32,000 bases of DNA from Blochmannia endosymbiont of Camponotus modoc. GTDB taxonomy: Bacteria > Pseudomonadota > Gammaproteobacteria > Enterobacterales > Enterobacteriaceae. Made by a program: the position numbers and the translations under genes. Shown one piece after another: positions 20,168 to 32,000 of the stretch. The stretch's first letter is position 1. Each line of letters starts with the position of its first letter. A model generated the notes under the pieces. That model worked only from the letters and a program-made list of their open reading frames with translations, made no database searches and was not told the origin of the DNA. The stretch lies in contig NZ_CP097765.1 of assembly GCF_023585785.1 (NCBI RefSeq), positions 720,001 through 752,000 of the forward strand, written 5' to 3'.

Positions 20168-21190
20168 ATGATTATTATGCATATTATTTTAAAAATAATT
20201 AAAGTGACAACATTATTATATTGTGTTTTTTGCGTTCCAATATATGGAACTATTTTATTAAATAGTTCTTATGATGTGTCTAGAGAATTATTTTTAAAGA
20301 TTAATTCTGATTTTATCGAATATTGGAAGGATCTTCATCCTGAAGATAAGTTAATCATTCGTCAATCTCATGCAGGATCTACTAGACAAGCTATGGCTAT
20401 ATTACAGGGACTTCGAGCGGATGTGGTGACATATAATCAGGTGATAGATGTACAAATTTTGTGTGATCGCGGACACTTAATTCCTAAAAATTGGCAAGAT
20501 CGATTTCCAAATCATAGTTCGCCATTTTTTTCAACTATGGCTTTCTTGGTGAGACGAGGTAATCCAAAAGGAATTTATAATTGGCATGATTTAACTAATA
20601 AAGGCTTGAAAATAATATTTCCTAACCCTAAAACTTCTGGGAATGGACGTTATACTTATTTAGCGGCTTGGAGTTTTTTTTTAAAAAATAGTGACGGAGA
20701 TATAGAGCAAACTCGAATTTGGATGCAAAAATTTTTGAAAAATGTAGAAGTATTTGATACTGGAGGACGCGCTGCTACCTCTACTTTTGTTGATCGTAAT
20801 CAAGGAGATGTGCTAATTAATTTTGAATCTGAAGCAAAATTAGTTCGAAGTCAATATGGATTCAATAATTATGAAATTGTTATACCCACTCCGAATGTTT
20901 TGGTAGAATTTCCAGTGACTTGGATAGATAAAAACGTCATTAGAAATGGAACCAAAGATGTAGCACGAGCTTATTTAGATTACCTATACATCCCTGCAGC
21001 ACAAAAGATTATTACCAAGTTTGGGTACCGCGTCAACACAACTAACATTGCTCAAATATATCCGAATGGATCTTCTGGGAGTCAATTATTTAGAATAGAG
21101 GATCAATTTGGTAATTGGAATACTATTATGAATACGCACTTTAAACGTGGTGGTGAATTAGATCAATTATTATCAATAGGACATCGTTGA
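20168..21190 (+). CDS. cysP: Thiosulfate/sulfate ABC transporter periplasmic binding protein
   Basis: ILLNSSYDVSRELF...IRQSHAGSTRQAMAILQGLRADVVTYNQVIDVQIL...IFPNPKTSGNGRYTYLAAW...FLKNVEVFDTGGR matches CysP better than Sbp. The ORF track starts at a TTG at 20036. The ATG at 20168 (or 20177) gives a signal-peptide-like N-terminus and about 340 aa, against 338 aa in E. coli. Confidence 0.9.
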   Translation: MIIMHIILKIIKVTTLLYCVFCVPIYGTILLNSSYDVSRELFLKINSDFIEYWKDLHPEDKLIIRQSHAGSTRQAMAILQGLRADVVTYNQVIDVQILCDRGHLIPKNWQDRFPNHSSPFFSTMAFLVRRGNPKGIYNWHDLTNKGLKIIFPNPKTSGNGRYTYLAAWSFFLKNSDGDIEQTRIWMQKFLKNVEVFDTGGRAATSTFVDRNQGDVLINFESEAKLVRSQYGFNNYEIVIPTPNVLVEFPVTWIDKNVIRNGTKDVARAYLDYLYIPAAQKIITKFGYRVNTTNIAQIYPNGSSGSQLFRIEDQFGNWNTIMNTHFKRGGELDQLLSIGHR

Positions 21191-22023
21191 TGTTATTTTC
21201 TTCATTTAAACATACTTTACCTGGGTTTGGTATAGCACTGGGTGGAAGTTTATTGTTTGTTTGTTTGATTCTATTATTACCTTTAAGTGCGTTAGTTATG
21301 CAATTATCTCAGATGAGTTTTTCTCAATATTGGGATGTAATTACAGATCCAGCATTATTGGTTTCTTATCAAATCACCTTATTAGCTGCCGGGGCAGCAA
21401 CATTATTTAATGCTATATTTGGACTGTTGGTATCATGGGTAATAACTAGATATCAATTTCCTGGTAGGAAATTATTAGATGCGTTAATAGATTTACCTTT
21501 TGCTTTGCCTACCGCGGTGGCGGGATTAACTTTGGCAACGTTGTTTTCAACATCAGGTTGGTATGGGTCTTGGTTATCTCGATTTGGCATCACAGTATCA
21601 TATACGTGGATAGGTATATCTATTGCTATGATTTTTACAAGTATTCCATTCGTAGTACGAACCGTACAACCGGTGCTAGAAGAGTTTACTGTAGAATACG
21701 AAGAAGTAGCAGAAACTCTTGGAGCTGATGATTGGCAAATTTTTTGTAATGTAATTTTTCCAGAATTGGCACCAGCTTGGTTGTATGGCGTAGTATTGTC
21801 GTTCATACGAAGTTTAGGGGAATTTGGCGCGGTTATTTTTATAGCTGGAAATGTTGCCTGGAAAAATGAAGTTATCTCTTTAATTATTTTTATTCGTTTA
21901 CAGGAATTTGATTACCCAGCTGCCAGTGCTATTGCTTCTGTAATTTTAATTATTTCTTTATTATTATTATTTTTTACTAGTATGTTTCAATTACGAATAA
22001 ACAAGAGGTTTCAGGGATCTTAA
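21190..22023 (+). CDS. cysU: Sulfate/thiosulfate ABC transporter permease CysU (CysT)
   Basis: LPGFGIALGGSLLFVCLILLLPLSALVMQL, DLPFALPTAVAGLTLA and SLGEFGAVIFIAGN...RLQEFDYPAASAIASVIL are nearly identical to E. coli CysU. The ATG at 21190 overlaps the cysP stop (TGATG). The ORF track begins one codon earlier at a TTG. Confidence 0.93.
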   Translation: MLFSSFKHTLPGFGIALGGSLLFVCLILLLPLSALVMQLSQMSFSQYWDVITDPALLVSYQITLLAAGAATLFNAIFGLLVSWVITRYQFPGRKLLDALIDLPFALPTAVAGLTLATLFSTSGWYGSWLSRFGITVSYTWIGISIAMIFTSIPFVVRTVQPVLEEFTVEYEEVAETLGADDWQIFCNVIFPELAPAWLYGVVLSFIRSLGEFGAVIFIAGNVAWKNEVISLIIFIRLQEFDYPAASAIASVILIISLLLLFFTSMFQLRINKRFQGS

Positions 22024-22883
22024 TGATCAGCATGTTAAATAATTATGTCAATAGAAATTACAATAATAATTATAACAGTAGTATTAAATGGAATCAATGG
22101 ATTCTAATTAGTTTCACTATGTTTATATCAATGATGTTATTGTTAGTTCCTGTAATTGTGATTTTTGTATCTGCTTTTTCAGAAGGTCTAAAAATAGTAA
22201 TAGTAAATTTAATAAATCAAGATATGTTACATGCTATTTTTTTGACGGTTATTGTAGCGTTATTTACGGTACCTATTAATGTATTTTTTGGCATATTAAT
22301 GGCTTGGTTAGTGACTCGTTTTAAATTTTATGGAAGACAGTTATTGTATATTTTAATAAATATACCCATCGCTATTTCTCCAGTAATTGCTGGATTATTG
22401 TATTTATTGCTTTATGCAAACAATAATGCAATAGCAAATTGGTTAGATTTGCAGAATATACAAATAATATTCACATGGATAGGATTAGTGTTAGTTACTA
22501 TTTTTGTTACTTGTCCTTTTGTGGTACATGAGCTTGTTCCTATGATGGTGAATCAAGGAAGACAGGAAGACGAGGCAGCGATACTTCTTGGAGCATCTGG
22601 TTGGATGATGTTTCGCTATGTTACTTTTCCAAATATTCGTTGGGCTTTGTTATACGGGGCTATTCTTACTAATTCTCGTGCTATTGGTGAATTTGGAGCA
22701 GTATCTATAGTATCAGGATTAATACGGGGTGAAACATATACTGTTTCGTTGTATGTAGAATTATTATATCAAGATTATAATACTGTAGGCGCATTCGTTG
22801 CGGCATCATTATTAGCTTGTATTTCAATTCTTATGTTGTTTATTAAACATTATTTACAAAGTCGTTTAAAACGTACTAATTAA
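22023..22883 (+). CDS. cysW: Sulfate/thiosulfate ABC transporter permease CysW
   Basis: The 286-aa ORF contains VTIFVTCPFVVHELVPMM, QEDEAAILLGASGW, and IRWALLYGAILTNSRAIGEFGAVSIVSG, as in E. coli CysW. Its ATG overlaps the cysU stop (TAATG). Confidence 0.93.
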   Translation: MISMLNNYVNRNYNNNYNSSIKWNQWILISFTMFISMMLLLVPVIVIFVSAFSEGLKIVIVNLINQDMLHAIFLTVIVALFTVPINVFFGILMAWLVTRFKFYGRQLLYILINIPIAISPVIAGLLYLLLYANNNAIANWLDLQNIQIIFTWIGLVLVTIFVTCPFVVHELVPMMVNQGRQEDEAAILLGASGWMMFRYVTFPNIRWALLYGAILTNSRAIGEFGAVSIVSGLIRGETYTVSLYVELLYQDYNTVGAFVAASLLACISILMLFIKHYLQSRLKRTN

Positions 22884-22904
22884 TATTATGATCAAGGATA
22901 AGAA

Positions 22905-23972
22905 ATGAGCATTGAGATAGATGGAATCACCAAGTTTTTTGGTCATGATAAAATATTGACTAATGTTTCTTTACATATTGAATCTGGAGAAATAATAGCA
23001 TTATTAGGACCATCCGGTTCTGGAAAAACCACATTACTACGTATTATTGCTGGGCTAGAACATTATAATAGTGGTTGTTTGCGTTTTAGAGGTAAAGATG
23101 TTAGCCATCTTAGTGCACGTGATCGTCATGTTGGTTTTGTTTTTCAAAATTATGCTTTGTTTCGTCATATGACAGTATCAGATAATATTTCTTTTGGAAT
23201 AAGAATGTTGCCGCGCCATAAACGCCCAAATTCTCATATAATTAGTAAAAAAGTTACGCAATTATTAAGTATGGTTCAATTAGAACGTTTGGCAAATAGA
23301 TATCCTACTCAACTTTCTGGGGGTCAAAAGCAACGTGTAGCTCTGGCTCGTTCTTTAGCAATTGAACCAGAAATTTTACTGTTAGATGAACCATTTGGTG
23401 CATTAGATACACAAGTTAGAAAAGAATTGCGTCGTTGGCTGCGCAAGTTACATAATGAATTTAAATTCACTAGTGTTTTTGTTACACATGATCAAGAAGA
23501 AGCTATGGAAGTTGCTAATAGAATAGTAGTGATGAATCGAGGAGTTATTGAACAGATAGGTACACCTAAGGATATTTGGTGTGTGCCGGCTACTCGTTTT
23601 GTTTTAGAGTTTATAAGCGAAGTGAATTGTTTACAAGGAGTAGTGTGTGGATCGGAATTATTTATTGGGCCTTATCATTGGTCTTTACCATATATTCCAG
23701 CTTTACAAGGAAAAGTAGAATTATTTTTTCGTCCGTGGGAGATGGATATGAGTAAAGAGCATAACGTGCTTTATCCGTTACCGGCTAAGATTGTAAATGT
23801 CAGTTTGCATGGTTATTATTGGCAATTAAGTGTAGAGCCTTTAGGATGGCATCAAGATTTATTGACTATAATTTTGGGAATTAAAGATATTTTTGGTGTT
23901 CCAGAATGTGGTGCATATTGCTATTTAAGCGGACGTAATGCACGATTATATTCAGGGGAAATAGTGTTGTAA
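22905..23972 (+). CDS. cysA: Sulfate/thiosulfate ABC transporter ATP-binding protein
   Basis: The 355-aa ORF has Walker A GPSGSGKTT, the signature LSGGQKQRVALAR and Walker B LLLDEPFGALD. AAGGA lies upstream of the ATG. Confidence 0.95.
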   Translation: MSIEIDGITKFFGHDKILTNVSLHIESGEIIALLGPSGSGKTTLLRIIAGLEHYNSGCLRFRGKDVSHLSARDRHVGFVFQNYALFRHMTVSDNISFGIRMLPRHKRPNSHIISKKVTQLLSMVQLERLANRYPTQLSGGQKQRVALARSLAIEPEILLLDEPFGALDTQVRKELRRWLRKLHNEFKFTSVFVTHDQEEAMEVANRIVVMNRGVIEQIGTPKDIWCVPATRFVLEFISEVNCLQGVVCGSELFIGPYHWSLPYIPALQGKVELFFRPWEMDMSKEHNVLYPLPAKIVNVSLHGYYWQLSVEPLGWHQDLLTIILGIKDIFGVPECGAYCYLSGRNARLYSGEIVL

Positions 23973-24431
23973 TTAATGTTTTTTGAGATTCTGTAACTTA
24001 TGTAATTAGTAGTCAATATTGTTTTCAAATGTGTGGTTTATTTAGAGCATGGTTTTGGTGTAGATAGTGTTGTATGTAGATAATTAATAATGTTCATATT
24101 TATCGTTGTATATAAGAGTTAGGTTTTTTATTTATGAATTTTTGGTATTAGGCTATTTGAGTAATCAGATTTTAAAATATGTTGTAAGAAGATATATAGC
24201 CAATTAAAAAATTTTTTGTATATATTATTGCTGATTCTATTTATGAAATAGATTGTTTTTATTTATACGATATATTGGTTATTTTATTTGTGTATAAAAT
24301 ATAGGTATAGTACTAGGTTAAATTTTTTCAAATAAACTATACGATGATTTATTTATAAAATTATAAAAAAATTTTTGTTGTTAAATTATATGTTTATTAA
24401 TCATAATAAATGTTTTGACAAAAGAATAGTT

Positions 24432-26165
24432 TTATAATTTTTGTGTATTATTTGATACATGTGTATGCGTAAGTAAATGCATTAATGATTCTGTGGTTGA
24501 ATAGTTCAATGCTTTTTGTGCCAATTTTTTTGCATCGTGATAATATGCGTTACGGATTATGTTTTTTATGTGTGGAATAGATATGGAGCTCATGCTAAAT
24601 TCATCTAATCCCATTCCTAGTAATAGTAGAGTAGTACGTTCATCGCCTGCCATTTCTCCGCACATAGCTGTCCATTTTCCTACAGTATGTGAAGCTTCAA
24701 TGACTTTTTTAATTAATATTAGAATAGACGGAGATATGGGATTATATAGATGAGATATTAATTTATTACCGCGATCTACTGCAAGTGTATATTGAGTTAA
24801 ATCGTTAGTTCCGATACTGAAAAAATCTACTTCTTTAACTAAATGATGAGCGATAATTGCAGAAGCAGGAGTTTCGATCATGACACCTACTTTAATATTT
24901 TCGTCAAATTTTTTTCCTTCTTGACGTAGTTGTGTTTTTAAAAAATTTAATTCTGTATTTAAAGTTTTTACTTCTTCTACTGAAATAATCATAGGATACA
25001 TTATGCGCAATTTACCAAAAAAGGAAGCTCGTAAGATGGCGCGTAATTGAGTATGTAATATGTCTTTTCTGTCTAACATAATGCGAATTGCGCGCCATCC
25101 AAGAAATGGATTTTCTTCGTTTGGGAGGTGCATGTAAGGCAAATTTTTATCCCCCCCAATATCCATAATACGTATGACTACAGCTTCGTTAATCATGGAT
25201 TCAGCGGCATTTTTATAAGCTTTAAATTGTTCTTCTTCTGTGGGGAATGAATTACGATTCATAAATAAAAATTCAGTTCTATATAATCCTATTCCTTCAG
25301 CTCCGTTTTCTTTAGCTCTAACTATATCGTGTATCGTACCGATATTAGCGCATATTCGTACTTGACGTCCGTCGAGAGTAATAGCTGGGAGATTCTTTAA
25401 TTTAGTTAACTCATATTTTTCAGAAACATATTTCTTTTTTAATGTGTCTATATTTTTAATGATGTCTGGGGTTGGATTGATGTAAATTTTGTTATTTAAG
25501 GCGTCGAGTATTATAAAATCTCCATTGGACACTCTTTTTGTAATTATACCAGTTCCTACGATGGCTGGTAGTTCTAAAGAACGCGCCATAATAGAGGTGT
25601 GTGAAGTTTTCCCGCCGGCATCAGTAATAAATCCCAAAACTTTTTTTAAATTTAATTGTGCAGTTTCCGATGGACTAAGATCTACTGCAATAATAATTAC
25701 TTCTTCAGTAATAGAATTTAAGTCGATAATTGGAATTCCTAGAATGTTTTTTAATAAACGATTTCCAATATCTCGTACATCAGTAGCGCGTTCTTTTAAA
25801 TATTCATCCTCTAGTTGTTCTAAAGCTTTTGCTTGGGTTTCAATTACTGAATGTACAGCAGCATCAGCGCTGAATAATTCTTCTTTAATAAGAGTAATAA
25901 TATCTTGTTCAAGTTCTTCATCTTCTAGTAATATAATATGGCCTTCAAATATAGCTTCTTTTTTAGAGTCTAATTGTTTTTTTACTTTATTTTTAATTTC
26001 TTTCAATTGCCTGGAAGTTTCGGAACGTCCGGAGAGAAATCGATTGATTTCTTGTTCAATAGTATCAATGTTAATTTTTTCTAAATTGATAAGGATTTTT
26101 TTTTCTTGTAATAGCAACGCTTTTCCGAAGGCGATGCCAGGTGATACTGAAATTCCTGAAATCAT
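24432..26165 (-). CDS. ptsI: PTS enzyme I (phosphoenolpyruvate-protein phosphotransferase)
   Basis: The 577-aa ORF begins [19 protein letters not shown] and has the phospho-His context [43 protein letters not shown] and MCGEMAGDE. It is collinear with E. coli PtsI (575 aa). Confidence 0.97.
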   Translation of the reverse strand: MISGISVSPGIAFGKALLLQEKKILINLEKINIDTIEQEINRFLSGRSETSRQLKEIKNKVKKQLDSKKEAIFEGHIILLEDEELEQDIITLIKEELFSADAAVHSVIETQAKALEQLEDEYLKERATDVRDIGNRLLKNILGIPIIDLNSITEEVIIIAVDLSPSETAQLNLKKVLGFITDAGGKTSHTSIMARSLELPAIVGTGIITKRVSNGDFIILDALNNKIYINPTPDIIKNIDTLKKKYVSEKYELTKLKNLPAITLDGRQVRICANIGTIHDIVRAKENGAEGIGLYRTEFLFMNRNSFPTEEEQFKAYKNAAESMINEAVVIRIMDIGGDKNLPYMHLPNEENPFLGWRAIRIMLDRKDILHTQLRAILRASFFGKLRIMYPMIISVEEVKTLNTELNFLKTQLRQEGKKFDENIKVGVMIETPASAIIAHHLVKEVDFFSIGTNDLTQYTLAVDRGNKLISHLYNPISPSILILIKKVIEASHTVGKWTAMCGEMAGDERTTLLLLGMGLDEFSMSSISIPHIKNIIRNAYYHDAKKLAQKALNYSTTESLMHLLTHTHVSNNTQKL

Positions 26166-26229
26166 AATTTTACCTTCATTAGAGTTATAAATAGTGCAAT
26201 TATCCGAATATTGATTGACTATATTGTGT

Positions 26230-26487
26230 TTATTTAAGTTCAGTAATAAACTCGATTAAATATTGTACTGCTTGTTCTGCGTCTGTGCCATCGGCGGAAA
26301 TGACAACTATAGATCCTTTGCTTAAACCTAGTGTTTGTAGTTTAAATAAACTTTTAGCGCTTGCTTTTTTTCCGTTAGAGATTACTGTAATTTCAGAATT
26401 AAATTTTTTTGCTGCCTTTACAAATTGAGTAGCTGGACGGGTATGTAAACCATTGGAAGCAGTGATTATAGTTTCTTTTTGATACAT
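26230..26487 (-). CDS. ptsH: Phosphocarrier protein HPr
   Basis: [55 protein letters not shown] contains His15 and Ser46. The ATG at 26487 gives 85 aa as in E. coli and is preceded by GGAGA. The ORF track starts 4 codons earlier, at 26499. Confidence 0.95.
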   Translation of the reverse strand: MYQKETIITASNGLHTRPATQFVKAAKKFNSEITVISNGKKASAKSLFKLQTLGLSKGSIVVISADGTDAEQAVQYLIEFITELK

Positions 26488-26810
26488 TTTTATCTCCATT
26501 TAATTTAACAATATGATAAAAAATATTATTTTCATGTAAATTTACTAAAATTAAATATTTTTTATTAATGAAACATAGACGCATGAAACTGTTATACGTA
26601 TACATGATCTATTAATTTTTTGTTTCTTTCCCATGTATATCACATTCAAAATAGAATATGCACTAAAGATATTTTTTCATTGGATCGCCTTATTTTTTTA
26701 ATGTTTTAAAAAGATAGTATTCTATTTACATAATGTAATTAATTCAATATTATTATAAATTTTGCAATAAATAAAATATACAAATTGTTTTTATTTATGT
26801 AAAAATAAAT

Positions 26811-26841
26811 ATAGAAAACATCACACATGAATGTTTTCTAT
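26811..26841 (-). terminator. Candidate (bidirectional-type) terminator hairpin downstream of cysK
   Basis: A perfect 11-bp stem pairs ATAGAAAACAT (26811-26821) with ATGTTTTCTAT (26831-26841) around a 9-nt loop. It lies 38 nt after the cysK stop. On the minus strand it is followed by AUUUAUUUUU, and on the plus strand by a T8 run. Confidence 0.5.
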
Positions 26842-26878
26842 TTTTTTTGAATGTTAATAGAAAATAAAAATTTATTTT

Positions 26879-27823
26879 TTATAACTTTGAAAACAATACA
26901 GTACTTAAATATCGTTCACCAGACGATGGAAGTATAACTACTATATTTTTATCAGCATAGGTTTTGTTTTTTTGTAGTTGTACCGCTGCTGCTAATGCTG
27001 CGCCCGAAGAAATTCCAGCTAAAATTCCTTCTTTCTTCATTAAATATTTAGCGTAGCTGACAGCTGCGTCTATGGTTACTGTTTCTACATGATCAATTAA
27101 AGTTAAGTCGAGATTTTTTGGAATAAAACCAGCACCAATACCTTGGATTTTATGTGGTGCTGGTTTTATGTTTTGACCTGATAATGTCTGGGTAATGACT
27201 GGAGATTCTTCTGGTTCTACTGCCACGACAATAATTTTTTTATTTTTTGTATGTTTGAAAAATCGTCCAACTCCGGTGATAGTACCTCCTGTACCAACTC
27301 CAGCTACAAATACATCTATTTTTCCGGCCGAGTCATTCCAAATTTCAGGTCCTGTGGTTTTTTCATGAATTTCTGGATTTGCAGGATTGCTAAATTGTTG
27401 TAGTAATAAATAATGTTTGGGATCAGCAGCAACAATTTCTTCTGCTTTAGCAATAGCTCCTTTCATTCCATTACATCCTTCTGTCAATATAATTTCGGCT
27501 CCTAGAGCTTTAATTAATTTAATACGTTCAACGCTCATGGTTTCTGGCATGGTTAAAGTTAATTTATAATGTCGTGCGGCTGCTACGTAAGCTAAAGCAA
27601 TTCCAGTATTACCACTCGTTGCTTCTATAAGTCTCGTATCTAATTTTAATAAGTTTCTTTTTTCTGCATCCCAAATCATATTAGCGCCAATACGACATTT
27701 AACGCTAAAGCTAGGATTTCTAGATTCTATTTTAACAGCAATATGACCATTGCCAATATTATTAAGACGGACTAATGGAGTATGACCAATAGTGTAAGAA
27801 TTATCTTGATAAATTTTATACAT
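26879..27823 (-). CDS. cysK: Cysteine synthase A (O-acetylserine sulfhydrylase A)
   Basis: The 314-aa ORF has the PLP Lys context [50 protein letters not shown] and [12 protein letters not shown]. It is collinear with E. coli CysK but about 9 residues shorter at the C-terminus. Confidence 0.97.
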   Translation of the reverse strand: MYKIYQDNSYTIGHTPLVRLNNIGNGHIAVKIESRNPSFSVKCRIGANMIWDAEKRNLLKLDTRLIEATSGNTGIALAYVAAARHYKLTLTMPETMSVERIKLIKALGAEIILTEGCNGMKGAIAKAEEIVAADPKHYLLLQQFSNPANPEIHEKTTGPEIWNDSAGKIDVFVAGVGTGGTITGVGRFFKHTKNKKIIVVAVEPEESPVITQTLSGQNIKPAPHKIQGIGAGFIPKNLDLTLIDHVETVTIDAAVSYAKYLMKKEGILAGISSGAALAAAVQLQKNKTYADKNIVVILPSSGERYLSTVLFSKL

Positions 27824-28147
27824 ATTTAATAATTCCTCAAGTGTTATGCAATACTACGATGATGGGTTTGTGATATAGAATATCTTTTAAATATAGTCTG
27901 GACAAATAAAAATATAATTTTTTTATTCTGATATAAATATTAGAATAAAATTAGCTATTATGCATTAATTATAGACGTGTATTCAATAATATTGCTGTCA
28001 TCTTGTTAATATAGATAATTCATAAAAAATTAATTTGATATTGTTGATATTTAAACAGTGATTATATTAAACAACTGTATGTTTAAAGATATTTTTATCA
28101 TAAAATGTTAAATCACATGTAAATAAAAATAATGATTTTAAATATGA

Positions 28148-29974
<1,827 letters not shown>

Positions 29975-30128
29975 AAATGAGAAATTTAAAAGATTAAAAA
30001 TTATGGGTATATTAAAATTAGAGTTATGTATATTAGGAGATATCTATGATTAACAATCAAAAGGATGCAAATTCAAATTGGGTAATGAATACATCTTAAC
30101 TATGTTTTAAGAGAGTTTTTGTTGTTTA

Positions 30129-30168
30129 CATCCGATTTTAAAAAATGTATTCATTTTAAAATCGGATG
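30129..30168. terminator. Hairpin between convergent ligA and the tRNA operon (possible bidirectional terminator)
   Basis: A perfect 15-bp stem pairs CATCCGATTTTAAAA (30129-30143) with TTTTAAAATCGGATG (30154-30168) around a 10-nt loop. It lies 155 nt after the ligA stop and 83 nt after the tRNA-Lys 3' end. Neither side has a clean U-tail. Confidence 0.4.
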
Positions 30169-30250
30169 CTTCGGCTTAGAGGTAGTGGAGATTGAGTTGA
30201 TTACCTAGCAATCGATAAAATTGTTAGTGTGATAGAAAATAAACAATTTT

Positions 30251-30323
30251 TGGGTCGTGCAGGATTCGAACCTGCGACCAATTGATTAAAAGTCAACTGC
30301 TCTACCTTCTGAGCTAACGACCC
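30251..30323 (-). tRNA. lysV: tRNA-Lys (anticodon UUU)
   Basis: The reverse complement is GGGTCGTTAGCTCAGAAGGTAGAGCAGTTGACTTTTAATCAATTGGTCGCAGGTTCGAATCCTGCACGACCCA. It is almost identical to E. coli tRNA-Lys, with anticodon loop CTTTTAA. The 3' CCA is not encoded. Confidence 0.95.
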
Positions 30324-30347
30324 TAATTAAAATTTAGAACGATAAAA

Positions 30348-30421
30348 TAGGTGATGGCGGACTCGAACCGCCGACCCTCTCCTTGTAAGGGAGATGCTCT
30401 GCCAAACTGAGCTAATCACCT
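30348..30421 (-). tRNA. valU: tRNA-Val (anticodon UAC)
   Basis: The reverse complement is AGGTGATTAGCTCAGTTTGGCAGAGCATCTCCCTTACAAGGAGAGGGTCGGCGGTTCGAGTCCGCCATCACCTA. It folds as a cloverleaf with 7/4/5/5-bp stems, anticodon loop CTTACAA and T-loop TTCGAGT. The 3' CCA is not encoded. It is divergent from gltX, as valU is in E. coli. Confidence 0.93.
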
Positions 30422-30584
30422 TTTCTGTTGAATTGCATTATATGGATTCATTGATACGAGTCAATGGGTTTTTATAAAAATAGAGATTTTTTAATTGTAT
30501 TTTATTAATGTGAAAATTAAATTTCATTTTGTATTGACTTAAATGAAAATTTAATGATTATCTACAGTCAGGTACTTAATTTTT

Positions 30585-31991
30585 ATGAATATTAAAACTC
30601 GATTTGCACCCAGTCCTACAGGTTCTATACATATTGGAAATATTCGTACTGCTTTGTATTCTTGGTTGTTTGCTAGAAAGCAAGGTGGTAAATTTTTATT
30701 ACGTATAGAAGATTCTGATTCGCAACGTTCTATAGATGATACAGTTGAGCTAATTGTTGCAGGGATGAATTGGCTTAGTTTAAATTGGGATGAAGGTCCT
30801 TATTTTCAAACTGATAGGTTTAGTCGTTATAACAGTATAATAAGTTATATGATTCAACATGATATGGCTTATAAGTGTTATTGTTCATCAGAAAGATTAG
30901 AATCATTGCGATCAAATCAAATAAAAAACGGAGAAAAACCTAAATATGATGGTTATTGTCGTTTTAAATCTACGGCTATACATAATTCTTCTATTAGTTC
31001 TTATGTGGTACGTTTTTGTAATCCTAAGGAAGGCGTAGTAATATTTAATGATCAAATCAGAGGTACAATTACATTTAATAACAAAGAATTAGATGATCTA
31101 ATTATTCGCCGAGCCGATGGTTCTCCAACATATAATTTTTGCGTTGTAATAGACGATATGGATATGCAAATTACTCATATCATACGAGGTGAAGAACATA
31201 TTAATAATACTCCGCGACAGATTAATATTTTAAAAGCATTGCGAGCTCCAATACCAACGTATGCTCATGTGTCAATGATATTAGATAAGAATTCAAAAAA
31301 ACTATCAAAACGCCGTGGAACATTGGGTATTATGCAATATCGTAATGATGGATTTCTCCCTGAAGCAATACTTAATTATTTAGTAAGATTGGGATGGTCG
31401 CATGGAGATCAAGAAATTTTTAGTATTGAAGAGATGATAAAATATTTTGATTTGAGTAGAATTAGTAAATCTCCTAGTATTTTAAATCTTGAAAAATTAC
31501 TTTGGTTGAATCATTATTATATTAATCATTTACCAATAGACTACGTAGCTTCACATTTATCATGGCATATGCATCAACAAAAAATCAATATACAAAATGG
31601 TCCAAAATTAACTGATATAATAAAATTATTTGCAAGACGTTCACGTACATTAAAAGAAATTGTAAATAATTGTCTATATTTTTATATAGATTTTGATTTA
31701 TTCGATAATAAGGTAGCTAAAGATTATTTAAAACCTATTGCGATAACACCATTAAAATTTTTAAGAAAAAAATTCAGTAATATAGTTGATTGGACGCCAG
31801 AGATTATTAAATCTATAATTATAGAAACCGTCAATGAATTTAATACTAGCATAGATAAAATAGGTATGCCACTTCGTGTAGCATTAACTGGAACGGATTG
31901 TTCTCCAACGCTCAGTATTACCATACATGCAATTGGTCAGTCTCGTGTATTAGAGCGCATTGATCAGGCTGTACGCTATATTTCAATATAG
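30585..31991 (+). CDS. gltX: Glutamate--tRNA ligase
   Basis: The 468-aa ORF begins [45 protein letters not shown], which holds the HIGH-type motif. It also has the KLSKRR (KMSKS) motif and [42 protein letters not shown]. It is collinear with E. coli GltX (471 aa). Confidence 0.97.
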   Translation: MNIKTRFAPSPTGSIHIGNIRTALYSWLFARKQGGKFLLRIEDSDSQRSIDDTVELIVAGMNWLSLNWDEGPYFQTDRFSRYNSIISYMIQHDMAYKCYCSSERLESLRSNQIKNGEKPKYDGYCRFKSTAIHNSSISSYVVRFCNPKEGVVIFNDQIRGTITFNNKELDDLIIRRADGSPTYNFCVVIDDMDMQITHIIRGEEHINNTPRQINILKALRAPIPTYAHVSMILDKNSKKLSKRRGTLGIMQYRNDGFLPEAILNYLVRLGWSHGDQEIFSIEEMIKYFDLSRISKSPSILNLEKLLWLNHYYINHLPIDYVASHLSWHMHQQKINIQNGPKLTDIIKLFARRSRTLKEIVNNCLYFYIDFDLFDNKVAKDYLKPIAITPLKFLRKKFSNIVDWTPEIIKSIIIETVNEFNTSIDKIGMPLRVALTGTDCSPTLSITIHAIGQSRVLERIDQAVRYISI

Positions 31992-32000
31992 TATTAGATG

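Noticed and set aside
21453-21806. A 117-aa minus-strand ORF inside cysU.
   Set aside because: It is an antisense shadow ORF within a near-identical CysU orthologue, and it has no motifs.
25489-26190. A 233-aa plus-strand ORF, the longest unassigned ORF in the track.
   Set aside because: It lies entirely antisense to the well-conserved ptsI. It is Ser/Ile/Phe-rich and low-complexity, with no recognisable motifs and no SD. This is a typical shadow frame of a strongly conserved gene.
26399-26605. A 68-aa minus-strand ORF overlapping the 5' end of ptsH in another frame.
   Set aside because: It overlaps HPr out of frame and extends into AT-rich upstream DNA. Its composition matches a random AT-rich frame, and HPr explains the locus.
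30169-30250. A moderately GC-richer ~80-nt stretch between the hairpin and tRNA-Lys, checked for a degenerate third tRNA or a small RNA.
   Set aside because: It has no acceptor, T-arm or GTTCGAATC-like features, and I could not draw a convincing fold.
30534-30561. A sigma70-like promoter for gltX, with TTGACT, a 16-nt spacer and GATTAT. Similar TATAAT-like hexamers occur in many spacers.
   Set aside because: In DNA this AT-rich, -10 and -35 look-alikes occur constantly by chance, and I cannot discriminate real promoters by eye.

Overview
This is a very AT-rich segment with long ORF-free spacers from a reduced Enterobacterales-derived endosymbiont genome. E. coli-like housekeeping proteins, extreme AT bias and a ureDABC-FG urease cluster are what I would expect from a carpenter-ant endosymbiont (Candidatus Blochmannia). 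That assignment is an inference and no search was run. I can support 25 protein genes: mqo (partial), guaB, guaA, ureD-A-B-C, ureF-G, upp, bcp, dapA, a truncated bamC, dapE, a tktB-like transketolase, a very divergent talA-like ORF, cysP-U-W-A, ptsI, ptsH, cysK, ligA and gltX. I also call one candidate 55-codon membrane ORF that the ORF track missed, two tRNAs (Lys-UUU, Val-UAC), four hairpin terminator candidates and two long perfect palindromes. I saw no CRISPR array, mobile element, rRNA or obvious defence or secretion system. From gltX to guaB the gene order is collinear with one E. coli K-12 chromosomal segment, with most intervening genes deleted. The urease cluster is the only non-collinear block. 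The most interesting observations are listed below.
- The transaldolase-derived ORF upstream of tkt keeps an open frame, but most catalytic residues appear to be replaced.
- BamC is reduced to its N-terminal BamD-binding segment.
- LigA lacks its BRCT domain.
- The urease cluster has no ureE, and an ORF-free gap sits where ureE normally lies.
- A 34-bp perfect inverted repeat lies just upstream of upp.
- Strand composition switches abruptly in the mqo-guaB spacer, which is also the only synteny break.
All similarity statements come from by-eye alignment to E. coli and Klebsiella sequences recalled from memory and need computational confirmation.
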